64,000 bases of DNA from a bacterium (GTDB lineage Bacteria; Patescibacteriota; Saccharimonadia; Saccharimonadales; SZUA-47). Of this stretch, positions 8,256-20,528 are shown one piece after another. Numbering within the stretch: position 1 is the first letter of the stretch; the number at the start of each line of letters is the position of its first letter. The notes under the pieces are model-generated. The model made no database searches. It had not been told where the DNA came from and was given only the letters and a program-made list of their open reading frames with translations. The stretch spans positions 99,975-163,974 of the forward strand of contig RFTN01000001.1 in NCBI GenBank assembly GCA_009923445.1. Reading direction: 5' to 3'. Made by a program: the position numbers and the translations under genes.

Positions 8256-8342
8256 GCGCGGGTGTTGTAATTGGTAGCCAAGTTTGACTTAAAATCAAAT
8301 GTCTTTACGGACGTGCGGGTTCAAGTCCCGCCCCGCGCACCA
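8256..8342 (+). tRNA. tRNA-Leu(UAA), long variable arm, CCA encoded
   Basis: Acceptor GCGCGGG/CCCGCGC, anticodon arm TTTGA-CTTAAAA-TCAAA, T arm GCGGG-TTCAAGT-CCCGC; 87 nt. Confidence 0.9.
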
Positions 8343-8454
8343 TTTTTCAGGTTTATATATGAAAACAATAATTAAATTTTCTAACATAGTTTATATGCCC
8401 TAGGGCTATTTATTATTAATTTATTATTTATAAACGTAAAATGGACACACAGCT

Positions 8455-9927
8455 ATGACTAAAAAGAATTTTTATATCACGACCGCAATTCCGTATGTAA
8501 ACGGTAATCCTCATATAGGCCACGCTATTTTGCACCTATATGCAGACGCTATTGCACGCTACCACCGCCATATTGGCGACAACGTACTGTTTAGTAGTGG
8601 TACCGACGAACACGGCGGTAAAATTGCCGAAGCTGCAGAAAAAGCAGGCAAAAAACCAAAAGAGTTTACCGACGAGGTGAGTGCAACATTTAGAAGTGGC
8701 ATAAAAAAATTGGGTATTTCTAATGACAAATTTATTCGTACTACCGACCCAGCACACGAACAGCGTGCACAGATTGTTTGGAAACATCTTGAAAAAGACA
8801 TCTATAAAAAATCTTATACCGCACTGTATTGTGTTGGTTGTGAAGAGTTTAAAACAGAGACGGTTGCTAAAGAAACAAACGGCGTGTGCCCCTTGCATAA
8901 TCGCCCTTACGATACTCTGCAAGAAGAAAATTATTTTTTTAGGCTCAGTACCTATGCAGATAAAATAAAGCAGGCAATAGAAAGCGATGCGTTTACTATA
9001 ACGCCAAAAAGCCGTAAGCATGAAATTTTAAGTGTAATAAAAGAAGGCCTACAAGATGTCAGTGTATCGAGACCAACTGAGAAAATTAGTTGGGGTATAC
9101 CAGTACCGGGTGACCCAACCCAAACAATGTATGTGTGGTTTGAGGCACTGCTAAACTACATTACAGTTCTTGGCTACCCTGAACATAAAGACTTTACTAC
9201 TTTTTGGCCCGCCAATGTGCAAGTTATAGGTAAAGATATTCTGCGGTTCCATGCTGCTATTTGGCCGGGTATATTATTAGCACTTGATGTGCCGCTACCA
9301 AAAACATTGTATGTACACGGTTTTATAACCAATGCTGGTCAAAAAATGAGCAAGACACTGGGTAACGTAGTCGACCCGCTTGAAATTGTGGACACGTACG
9401 GCCTTGATGCGTTTAGGTACTACTTTTTGCGTTATGGTCCTAGCATTGACGACGCAGATTTTACATGGGAGAGATTCGAAAACGCATACAACAACGAGCT
9501 TGCGAACGAGCTTGGCAACGCACTCAACCGCATTGTATCTATGATAAATCGGTATCTTGACGGTGTTGTTGGTGTCATTCCAGAGGCAGGACACGATAAC
9601 GGCGAATATCATAAAGCAGTTGCAGGTTGCCGTTTTGACATAGCTTTAAGTGAAGTGTGGGAGCAAGTACGGGGTCTAAACCAGTATATTGACGAGCAAA
9701 AGCCCTGGGATATAGCTAAGTCTGACGACAGCGAACATTTACGAGAAGTTTTGGCCTATAGCGTTGCTTGTTTGTTAGAGATTGCAGATTTGTTACTGCC
9801 GCTTTTACCACAAACTGCCGCCAAAATGATAGATATGCTGCATGACGGTATAATAAAAGAGGCTTTAGCAAAAGAGACGTTATTCCCTAAAATTTATAAT
9901 CACACACCAGCGCCAGTTAGGGCGTAA
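8455..9927 (+). CDS. metG: Methionine--tRNA ligase
   Basis: 490 aa. Class I HIGH motif (PHIGHA) and KMSKT are present. Confidence 0.95.
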   Translation: MTKKNFYITTAIPYVNGNPHIGHAILHLYADAIARYHRHIGDNVLFSSGTDEHGGKIAEAAEKAGKKPKEFTDEVSATFRSGIKKLGISNDKFIRTTDPAHEQRAQIVWKHLEKDIYKKSYTALYCVGCEEFKTETVAKETNGVCPLHNRPYDTLQEENYFFRLSTYADKIKQAIESDAFTITPKSRKHEILSVIKEGLQDVSVSRPTEKISWGIPVPGDPTQTMYVWFEALLNYITVLGYPEHKDFTTFWPANVQVIGKDILRFHAAIWPGILLALDVPLPKTLYVHGFITNAGQKMSKTLGNVVDPLEIVDTYGLDAFRYYFLRYGPSIDDADFTWERFENAYNNELANELGNALNRIVSMINRYLDGVVGVIPEAGHDNGEYHKAVAGCRFDIALSEVWEQVRGLNQYIDEQKPWDIAKSDDSEHLREVLAYSVACLLEIADLLLPLLPQTAAKMIDMLHDGIIKEALAKETLFPKIYNHTPAPVRA

Positions 9928-9933
9928 ATATAA

Positions 9934-10741
9934 ATGAATTTTATAGATACACACTGTCATATTCATGACCCAGAATTTACGCAAAAATATGATATATCTG
10001 TCAACCAAATCATTATAAATGCCGCTTCTGCAGGGGTAAGTCAATTTATTTGTGTTGGCACAGACGCAAAATCTAGCCAGCAGGCAATTGAGTTTGCACA
10101 TACCCATAACGGCGCGTATGCATCTTTGGCGATACACCCACATGAAGTTGCTGACGTAACAGATGAGCTTATAGACGGTGAATTCAAATTGGTCGAGCAG
10201 TTAGCACGAGAAAACCACAAAAAAGTTATAGCCATAGGCGAATGTGGACTCGACTATTTCTCATGAATCTGAGTTCGTACAAAACTCCCAAAAGAGATTG
10301 TTTAAAATGCACCTTGACCTAGCTATTGAATGCGATTTACCGCTTATTTTTCATATACGCAGCGCTTTTGACGACTTTTTTGCAATTTTAGATGATTACA
10401 CTGCTGCAGGTCACAAAATTAGGGGTGTTGTACATAGCTTTAGCGCCGGAATGATCGAATTACAGGGCTGCTTGGACCGTGATTTATTTTTAGGATTAAA
10501 TGGCATTATGACGTTTACAAAAGACGAGTCACAGTTGGCTGCGGCTAGGGCTGTACCGCTTACCAAAATGCTACTCGAAACAGATGCACCGTTCTTGACT
10601 CCTAAGCCGTTTCGTGGTAAAATGTGTCAGTTAAAACACGTGGTAGTTACAGGGCAATTTTTGAGCGAATTACGTAATGAACCGTTAGAAGTCATTGCTG
10701 ACGCAACCACTACCAATGCAAAATCTCTTTTTAGTTTATGA
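9934..10741 (+). pseudogene. tatD: TatD family metal-dependent hydrolase/DNase, split by a frame change near 10255-10266
   Basis: The N-part (FIDTHCHI...IGECGLDYFS) stops at 10266 in frame 1. The C-part (HESEF...LPLIFHIRSA...HSF...ETDAPFL) continues in frame 2. Removing one nt in TATTTCTCA rejoins them. Confidence 0.8.
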
Positions 10742-11148
10742 ATAATCACGCACAAGAACACCTGCAAAACTCTGATAAGCTTATGGCTGACTCTGTTCGG
10801 CGCGATCGTCATGCTATAGCACACGAAGCTGCTGAGTATATAGAGGCCGTATTAGAGCGACTAGTGTATACACAAGAGCGTATTGGAGAATTAGCTAGTG
10901 TGCCATTCGAGCCAAAAGACTACACAAAACCTGAGTCTACGGTAACTTTAGATAAACCTGCTTCAAAACCAGATGCTTTTGAACAGGCGCTCATAGATGT
11001 TGCGCTAAGCAGTCAAAACACAGTCCCCAAAATAAATGAAGATGCAGCCCGTGTATTGGTCGAACAGTCTCTTAAGCCAGACATGATTGCAAATGGACTG
11101 AGCAATCTCGAAGATTTTGCGAACAGGGGTTTAGCCGATGCTAGCTAA
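10738..11148 (+). CDS. Hypothetical protein
   Basis: 136-aa ORF with an ATGA overlap to tatD; no motif recognised. Confidence 0.5.
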   Translation: MNNHAQEHLQNSDKLMADSVRRDRHAIAHEAAEYIEAVLERLVYTQERIGELASVPFEPKDYTKPESTVTLDKPASKPDAFEQALIDVALSSQNTVPKINEDAARVLVEQSLKPDMIANGLSNLEDFANRGLADAS

Positions 11149-11515
11149 ACTACTCGGCTATAAGCCCAAACAGGTTGAAGAGCTTCAAAAGCGTACTGCT
11201 ATTAACAGAAGTCTGTTGCGTCGCGAGGCTGAAATAGGCGGTCTGTTATTCGGCCCTATTCCAAAGGGCGGTCGTCGTGAATTCTTTTGTTTAGATAAGT
11301 CAACCTGGATATGGCATGAAGAATGGGTGGATGCGAGTGGCAAAAAGCAAATACGTAATACGCGCTACGATATTAGGCCAACGGGAATTTTAAAAGCGCA
11401 AAATGGTCAAAGCTATCACATGGTTAGCCTAAAAGAAGCAAATCATCTGCGCATGGCGATTCATGCCTATGCCCAGCAGGTGTCACAAAAAATGTATAGC
11501 GATTTAGTCGTATAA
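11138..11515 (+). CDS. Hypothetical protein
   Basis: 125-aa ORF overlapping the previous gene by 11 nt; no motif recognised. Confidence 0.5.
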   Translation: MLAKLLGYKPKQVEELQKRTAINRSLLRREAEIGGLLFGPIPKGGRREFFCLDKSTWIWHEEWVDASGKKQIRNTRYDIRPTGILKAQNGQSYHMVSLKEANHLRMAIHAYAQQVSQKMYSDLVV

Positions 11516-11527
11516 TACTATCTAGCC

Positions 11528-12670
11528 ATGACTAAACCTGTTTTTTTAGACTTTGCATCAGCAACTCCGCAAAGTGATGCTTCTATAGCGGCAATGCAGC
11601 CTTACCTACAAAGTAATTTTTATAATGCATCAGCACTGTATTTAGCCGCCAAAAAAGTAAAACACGACCTGAACAACTTAAGGGCTGCTGCTGCCAAAGT
11701 ATTGCAAGTTCGCCCAAGTGAAGTGTATTTTATGGCGGGTGCAACGGAGGCTAATAACACGGTCATTAAGGGTATTTTAGGTGCGTACAAAGACTCTTTT
11801 TGTATATACAGCGACCTTGAACACGACTCAATACGTACTAGTATGCTGCACGTTGCATCACAAAAAGTTACAGTTACTGCCGATGGTCGTATAAATACTG
11901 TTTCGTTAAAAAATTCTATAACAGACAACACCTCGCTCATTGTATGTATGTATGCCAATAATGAAGTTGGTACGATTCAACCGTTAGAAGAGATTATGAA
12001 AATTGTAAAAAAGGTAAGAGAAGAGCGTAGCAAAAGCAATAATTTGCTGCCCTTACACGTGCATGTTGATGCGTCGCAGTCGTTTCAGTATGTTCCGCTT
12101 TTGCCACACAAACTTGGTATTGACAGCGCAGTTATCGGGTCGGGTAAAATATATGGGCCAAAACAAAGCGCAGTACTGTTTGTAAAAGCAGGTACTTCAC
12201 TGCAGCCAACTTTGCGCGGTGGCGGACAAGAAGCGGGTATACGCCCCGGCACCGAAAATGTAGGACTAATTGCGGGAACGGTAGCAGCAGTTCTAGAGAC
12301 CGACTCGCTGCGCCTCTCAGAGTCAAAACGTATGCACGAGCTGCAGATGTATTGTGTATCTAAATTGCAAAACATGCAGAGCGTGACTATAAACGGTTCG
12401 CTCAAATATCGGCTACCAAACAATATTCATATTAGCTGTGTTGGCTACGATAACGAAATCATAGTCATGAAACTCGATGAACTTGGAATAATGGCAGCGA
12501 CTGGGTCAGCCTGCCATGCAAGTAGCGATGAACCATCGGCTGTGTTGCAAGCAATGGGTTTGACTACCGAGCAAATTCAAGGCAGCGTAAGGTTTACTAT
12601 GGGCAGAACAACAACAAAAAAAGACATTGACAAAGCGGTTGGTGCTCTTGCTAAAAGTTTACTGTCCTAA
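11528..12670 (+). CDS. Cysteine desulfurase (class V aminotransferase, NifS/IscS-like)
   Basis: 380 aa. HVDASQS, a PLP-lysine region (SGKIYGPK) and an active-site loop ATGSACHA are present. Confidence 0.9.
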   Translation: MTKPVFLDFASATPQSDASIAAMQPYLQSNFYNASALYLAAKKVKHDLNNLRAAAAKVLQVRPSEVYFMAGATEANNTVIKGILGAYKDSFCIYSDLEHDSIRTSMLHVASQKVTVTADGRINTVSLKNSITDNTSLIVCMYANNEVGTIQPLEEIMKIVKKVREERSKSNNLLPLHVHVDASQSFQYVPLLPHKLGIDSAVIGSGKIYGPKQSAVLFVKAGTSLQPTLRGGGQEAGIRPGTENVGLIAGTVAAVLETDSLRLSESKRMHELQMYCVSKLQNMQSVTINGSLKYRLPNNIHISCVGYDNEIIVMKLDELGIMAATGSACHASSDEPSAVLQAMGLTTEQIQGSVRFTMGRTTTKKDIDKAVGALAKSLLS

Positions 12671-12697
12671 GCAAAAGCATTATACTTACGATTAGAT

Positions 12698-13543
12698 ATG
12701 TATCGTAAAATCAAAAATGTTGTATCTTTTAGACGTTTTATGGCCATCGTAGGCCTTATTATCATAACGATTATTAGTCTTTCGAGCCCGCTTTCAGCTC
12801 AAACAGTTACTCAAGGCTATGCAACCGATGAAATTTTGCAAAGAGGCATGCTTGTATCACTCAAAGAAAGCGATGCCTCGAAAATTGAGGCTGCCGAGAG
12901 ACAAAATATAAAGCGCTTACACGGTATTGTCGTTAATCAAAATGATTCTCCGGTTACAATTAGCGGCGAGAACCAAAAGACTTTTGTGGCAACCGTTGGT
13001 CGCTACGAAGCACTAGTGAGTGACGAAAACGGTCCAATAAAAATTGGTGACTATGTTACCTTATCGAGTGTACCGGGTATTGGAAAAAGAGTTGATACAA
13101 TAAGTGAAGCTATTATCGGAAAAGCTTTATTGGAGTTTAACTCAAAGTCAGATGTTTTAAGTTCGACTGAACTTAAAGATAAAAGTGGAGGGACTCAAAA
13201 AATATCAATTGGTCGTATTCCAATCGATATTTCAATAGGTGCAAACCCGTTTCTTAAACCCGAAGACAACAATTTACCTGGATTTTTGAAAAGAGCAGCT
13301 GAGGCTATAGCTCAGAAACCAATTAGTCCGGTACGGGTTTATATAAGTTTTACAATTATCGTAGCAGCTATTTTCATAGCCGGAAGCATGCTCTACTCCG
13401 GCGTTCGTAGCAGTATGATTAGCATTGGCAGAAACCCACTTTCTAAAAAAACCATCAACAAAAGTTTGATACAAGTAATCATAACTAGTTTTATTGTTTT
13501 CATTATTGGTATTTTTGGAGTATATTTAATATTGAAGTTATAA
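12698..13543 (+). CDS. Exported protein with a C-terminal two-helix membrane hairpin (c-subunit-like loop GRNP)
   Basis: 281 aa. It has a signal peptide ending SPLSA-QT, a ~170-aa extracytoplasmic domain, then TM, SIGRNPLSKK loop, TM. It lies immediately upstream of the ATP synthase genes. Confidence 0.65.
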   Translation: MYRKIKNVVSFRRFMAIVGLIIITIISLSSPLSAQTVTQGYATDEILQRGMLVSLKESDASKIEAAERQNIKRLHGIVVNQNDSPVTISGENQKTFVATVGRYEALVSDENGPIKIGDYVTLSSVPGIGKRVDTISEAIIGKALLEFNSKSDVLSSTELKDKSGGTQKISIGRIPIDISIGANPFLKPEDNNLPGFLKRAAEAIAQKPISPVRVYISFTIIVAAIFIAGSMLYSGVRSSMISIGRNPLSKKTINKSLIQVIITSFIVFIIGIFGVYLILKL

Positions 13544-13576
13544 GCATAAAAGTTTTTAGAAGGGTAATGAAGAGCG

Positions 13577-14188
13577 GTGGGAATATTGATACTAGCATTA
13601 ATTATAGTAGCTAGCGTTTTAGTTGGTCTTCTAATCTATTTCTTGAAAAAAGATTCAATCCCCGCCGCACAAGTATCTACTTCTACGATAACTAATAACG
13701 CCATTGAAGACGTAGAACATATCTTTAATGATGAGTTTAGAGAAGAACTACGTAACAGAGGCCGACTCCATTTCGAAAAAATCATCGGCGAAAATGCGAT
13801 GTTTTTGCAACAGGACCTGAGGTTGACTACTAGTCAGCTAAATGACTACATGAAGCAAGAAATTACTCGTACGCTTAAGAATGAATTTAGCAAATACGAA
13901 GAATCGATTAATAATGCAAAGCAGCTTGCCGTAGAGTCTATCGAAAAAACTCAGGCCACGATTGATCAACAACGCCAACTGATGACTCAGCAGCTTTCCG
14001 ATCAGTTCAGCGCCGAAAAGACACATATGATATCCCGATTTGAAAATCATATGGCCGACGTCGTAAATCACTATATTATGACTGCAATTGGTAACCAAAT
14101 AGATCTTTCTGACCAACTAGAGTTTATACTCAAAGACTTAAAAGATAATAAAGAGGCTATTATTGAGGATATAAAAAATGGCGCATGA
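13577..14188 (+). CDS. atpF: ATP synthase subunit b-like stator protein
   Basis: 203 aa, GTG start. It has a single N-terminal TM then a long charged helical region, and sits before delta/alpha. Confidence 0.5.
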   Translation: MGILILALIIVASVLVGLLIYFLKKDSIPAAQVSTSTITNNAIEDVEHIFNDEFREELRNRGRLHFEKIIGENAMFLQQDLRLTTSQLNDYMKQEITRTLKNEFSKYEESINNAKQLAVESIEKTQATIDQQRQLMTQQLSDQFSAEKTHMISRFENHMADVVNHYIMTAIGNQIDLSDQLEFILKDLKDNKEAIIEDIKNGA

Positions 14189-14708
14189 GCTTGATCATGT
14201 AAGACTACCGTTGTCTGTAATAACTACAATAGATCTAGCACGCGTTTGTCGTGAACTTAACGATTTAGATGAGTTTTTATTACAAGCTACACTACGTAAA
14301 CCAGGAACGCCTATGCAACTACCCAGGCTCTCTAAAATGCTTGACGATACGGCAACAATCAATAAGGTTAATTTACTTGAAGATAAGCAAAGAAAAACAC
14401 TTATTACCGTACTAGCAATCGCAAAAGATAAAGCACCACGCCTACATATTAGTTTTTCTGCCGAACCAAGCCCTCTTTTTATAACAAAGATTTCTGAATT
14501 TATTCGAAAAAACATTGATCAAATAGCACTTATGCAAATTGGTTTACAGCCAACTATTGCAGCTGGATGTGTTTTGCGTAGTAGCAATCGACAATTCGAT
14601 TTTAGTCTTCGTAAGCGTTTGCGCGAATCACGACCAATACTCGTAGATCTGATGGGTAAAATTCAAGATGTATCACAACCAGTATCAGTAAAGGTTGACG
14701 TTAAATGA
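14178..14708 (+). CDS. atpH: ATP synthase subunit delta (OSCP)-like
   Basis: 176 aa. The C-terminal pattern ...IGLQPTIAAGCVLRSSNRQFDFSLRKRL matches the delta motif vdp.liGG..v..g....D.S....L. It overlaps both neighbouring genes. Confidence 0.6.
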   Translation: MAHELDHVRLPLSVITTIDLARVCRELNDLDEFLLQATLRKPGTPMQLPRLSKMLDDTATINKVNLLEDKQRKTLITVLAIAKDKAPRLHISFSAEPSPLFITKISEFIRKNIDQIALMQIGLQPTIAAGCVLRSSNRQFDFSLRKRLRESRPILVDLMGKIQDVSQPVSVKVDVK

Positions 14709-16134
14709 GCGTTGCGATCGACCAGCGTTTCGAGAAGTTAATAGAAAGCGGTAAGCCGGTAGGTGAAGTCATTGCTGTTGATAAATTTTTAGTTAAGGCC
14801 AGAGGTTTACAGCCCGTTCGAGTTCAATCACTTATAATGTTTGAAGACGGCAGTAAGGGTTATGTGCAACAGGTAGCGTCAGATTTTGTTCTTATTTTGC
14901 ACATGGGAGAAAAAACACTTGTATCTGGCATGATGGCTGTTGTTCAGCACGAAGAACTCGTCTGTAAAGTTGGCAAAGACTTTATTGGCCGTGTTATTAA
15001 TGTTTCGGGTGAGCCGTTAGACGGCAAGGGTCCTATTGTGCCTGATAGTGTTTGGCCGGTTTTTAATACGGCACCACCATTATACGCACGTAAGTTACTC
15101 GATACACAACTTGAGAGTGGAGTCGTTGCTATAGATTCGCTTTTTCCTATTCTAAGAGGACAGCGCATGGCCCTACTCGGCGATAGTAAGTCCGGAAAAA
15201 GTGCGCTCGTAACTCAGCTTACACTTAATCAAAAAAACACAGACCAAATTGTTGTGTATGCGCTCATAGCTAAGCGTCGTAGTGACGTCGATTCCTTATT
15301 GACTCAGCTTCAAGAAAATGATGCGCTAAAATCTGCAATTGTTGTTGTTAGTACGATGTTTGAGTCGCTTATAACGAGCTATATTGCTCCTTATGTTGCT
15401 TGCTCTATGGCAGAGTATTTTTGGCAAGAATGCTCACAAGACACAATTATTATTTATGACGACTTAACTTCTCACGCACATGCGTATCGAGAAGTTGCTT
15501 TAATGTCAGGAGTAAGTCCGGGTCGAGACAGCTACCCGGGTGATATGTTTTTTGCGCATAGCAGTCTACTCGAACGAGCCGGTAGACTTGCAAAAAATGG
15601 GGCACATTTGACTAGCGTACCGCTCATTAATGCGGCTGGCGGAGACATTAGTGCATACTTGCCAACTAACATTATGTCTATTACTGACGGACAGTGGATT
15701 TTAGATATGAGCATATTTCGTAATGGTATTCGTCCTGCAGTTAACATGGGATTATCGGTAACTCGTGTTGGTGGTGTTGGCCATACAAAACGTCAAAAGG
15801 CTTTGGCTTCACAAACATTAAAATTACTCGCCGATTATAGACAGGCAGAAGAGTTTTCTCACTTCGGTAGCGAACTTGCCGTAGAAGCAAAACGAGCCTT
15901 AGTAGTTGGTAAAAATTTATTTGGTGCACTTACGCAAAGTCCTACTGATATCTATTCGTTCATGGCACAGCAACTTATGCTCGATATTATACTAAACAGC
16001 GAAGATGCGTCTAATGTTGACGTGAATCAGCTAAAATTAAATGTCGTTGAATATGCCGCTAAAGTACAAAAAGACGAAGACTTTGATAAAGTTCGTGACG
16101 AGCTAAAGCAGCGTTGTATAGTGGAGCTCAAAAA

Positions 16135-16138
<4 letters not shown>
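14705..16138 (+). CDS. atpA: F1 ATP synthase subunit alpha (divergent)
   Basis: 477 aa. It aligns by eye to alpha (GRVINVSGEPLDGKGPI, IIYDDLTSHAHAYRE, PGRDSYPGDMFFAHSSLLERA). The Walker A reads GDSKSGKS. Confidence 0.9.
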
Positions 16139-18296
<2,158 letters not shown>

Positions 18297-18297
18297 C

Positions 18298-18633
18298 ATG
18301 AATGAGCAAGCTCCCATAGCTAGTACCAGCAGTGCATTATTGCCACAAGATAATTCTTTGAGTACAGAAAAGCAGTCCGAAAAAAGCACCCAAATGCACA
18401 TAAAAGTGTATTCACCTTTTCATGTATATTACGATGATAAAGCCAAAAGTATATCAGCGATTAATGGTACGGGACCATTCGATATTTTACCAGGTCATAG
18501 AAACTTCATTACACTAGTTAATGCCTGCGAATTAGTTATAAGAACAGTTAATGATCAAGAAGAAAAAATAAAAATCTCTCGCGCAGTGATGCATGTAAAG
18601 GCTGATGAAGTTAGAGTCTTTTTAGACGTCTAG
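18298..18633 (+). CDS. atpC: F1 ATP synthase subunit epsilon (N-terminal beta-sandwich type)
   Basis: 111 aa, directly after beta. Contains the ILPGH motif (FDILPGHRNFITLV). Confidence 0.75.
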   Translation: MNEQAPIASTSSALLPQDNSLSTEKQSEKSTQMHIKVYSPFHVYYDDKAKSISAINGTGPFDILPGHRNFITLVNACELVIRTVNDQEEKIKISRAVMHVKADEVRVFLDV

Positions 18634-18640
18634 AGCATGT

Positions 18641-19636
18641 TTACTCAATTGCAATAAAGCTTAAGCTAAATGAGCCTCCTGGATTTGAGCCAGAAATAGC
18701 TAAAGTAAATTCATTTACAGAGCGATTGATTATATAGGGCGTAAAGTTACATCCCGTAGGGCATACTGGCGTTATTATTATATGAGGTATTGATTTAAAT
18801 CTTAAAGCAAAAGTTACTGTTGCTACTATACCTGTCGTTGCACCACCCCCATTGTTTATTGTTACGGTACCTGCAGTATCGCTACCGTTTATACTGGCTG
18901 TTCCACCAACACCTGTGGCACTACCAACGCTAATAGTTGGTGTTGGCCCTCCAGCATCAATATGTTGATTAAGCTGTAAATCTTGATTTAATACAAGTTT
19001 GTCAGTTGTGATTACCGGCGCTGATAGTGTTCCGGCAAAGGAACCATTTGCTGCAACCGAAAGACCTCTTTGTACAGTAAGCTGCCCTTGAACTGTTGCA
19101 TTTCCAGATACTGATAGGTTATTCAATTGTACTTGGTCAAATAAGCTCGTTCCAGAAACAGATATACCTGGCAGTGTAAGTGTGCCGCCAACTTTAATTG
19201 CTCCGGCAACTTCTAGGCTATCTCTAATAAGAACTTTACCCGTAAAAACAGCATTTGATTCAATACTTAACAACTGTTTAGGATCGCCCACTTTGGTATC
19301 GGATCCTTGTAGGCTTTTAAGCGCCTCTTCGCTTAGCTTTTGAGTCGCTGACTGATCGCGCTTAACTTGATTTTTACTCGTTTGAATGGCGACTATAAAC
19401 ACAATCCCCGAAAGTATTACTATGAAAATGAATAGCAATAAGTAAACATTAATCCTACCAATTAACGATCGAATGAATGCTTGAAAATCAAATTTTTGAT
19501 TTGATGGTGGCGTTGGGACGGGGGTTGTTTGTCCTGCGGTCGGCGCTACATTCGAACCGGTTTCAACAACTGGATCTTCTGATTCAAGTGACTCAGAACT
19601 CTCCAGAGAATCTAATGGTTTATTATCTTTATCCAT
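18641..19636 (-). CDS. Membrane-anchored surface protein with beta-helix-like G/S/T-rich repeats
   Basis: 331 aa. It has an acidic N-terminus, one TM (VYLLLFIFIVILSGIVFIVAI), then repetitive segments (GTLTLPG.SVSG, NLSVSGNATVQGQLTVQ). Confidence 0.65.
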   Translation of the reverse strand: MDKDNKPLDSLESSESLESEDPVVETGSNVAPTAGQTTPVPTPPSNQKFDFQAFIRSLIGRINVYLLLFIFIVILSGIVFIVAIQTSKNQVKRDQSATQKLSEEALKSLQGSDTKVGDPKQLLSIESNAVFTGKVLIRDSLEVAGAIKVGGTLTLPGISVSGTSLFDQVQLNNLSVSGNATVQGQLTVQRGLSVAANGSFAGTLSAPVITTDKLVLNQDLQLNQHIDAGGPTPTISVGSATGVGGTASINGSDTAGTVTINNGGGATTGIVATVTFALRFKSIPHIIITPVCPTGCNFTPYIINRSVNEFTLAISGSNPGGSFSLSFIAIE

Positions 19637-19797
19637 GCAACTACATATACTTCTTAAGCTTTACTACATAGTATAGGGCAGCCAGGAGAATATTGCCACA
19701 TAATTGTAATTGTTCTACCCAAGCATAAGTGGTTTGCGATAATACAACCGTTATGGCAAAATAAGCGTTGTAGGGTGAATAAAACACACACAAACAA

Positions 19798-20493
19798 ATG
19801 AGTAAATATAAATACAATTCCAGTGGTTTTGGCAAAAGGAGCCGATCGAAACGGTCGACATTTTTTGTAATTTTATTAGCTTTTGTAACTATTGGTATAG
19901 TTTTGGCGATCGCACTAGATATACGTGGCCAATCTGCAAAAAAACAAGAAGTTATATCAAAACTAATAAATTCAAGTGTACAAGGAGTCTCGGTTAATAA
20001 TTTTAAGACAGAATATTTTCAGTTTCAAACTGATAGTACTTGGAGCGCTGTGGCTTCAGAATCTACCAAAACCCACTTTGTATATAGAAGCTTTAAGGGA
20101 CCTCTTGTTCAACACGATCTTTCGATTGATGTTAATGACTTCAAAGAAGAAGTGCTACAAAACATACGCACTAACCGTGTTTTACCAGTTGAGGTTGATA
20201 GTACCGGAAAGTTAAACATAATAAGTAGTGCGGGCGAGCATTGCAAAACGGCATTACCAAAGGGTGCACCTACACTACCATTTAGCGTCGTACAAAAACA
20301 GGTGAGCTTTGTTTGTAACCCAGATTCAGTGTTGTACGAAGTAAGGATTGGTGTCGTTAATGGTACCACTCGTATGCAATTACCTCGACCAGATGGAACA
20401 AAAGCATTGTATTCCATTACCTACCGTAATTTAAAATATTCGCCTGATGATGTAATGCTGCAAAATGTTATAGAAACGTTTCAGACACGATAG
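19798..20493 (+). CDS. Membrane-anchored hypothetical protein
   Basis: 231 aa. It has a basic N-terminus, one TM (FFVILLAFVTIGIVLAIAL) and an extracytoplasmic domain. Confidence 0.6.
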   Translation: MSKYKYNSSGFGKRSRSKRSTFFVILLAFVTIGIVLAIALDIRGQSAKKQEVISKLINSSVQGVSVNNFKTEYFQFQTDSTWSAVASESTKTHFVYRSFKGPLVQHDLSIDVNDFKEEVLQNIRTNRVLPVEVDSTGKLNIISSAGEHCKTALPKGAPTLPFSVVQKQVSFVCNPDSVLYEVRIGVVNGTTRMQLPRPDGTKALYSITYRNLKYSPDDVMLQNVIETFQTR

Positions 20494-20528
20494 ACAAACA
20501 AGGTAATCCTTATGGTATAGTTATATCT

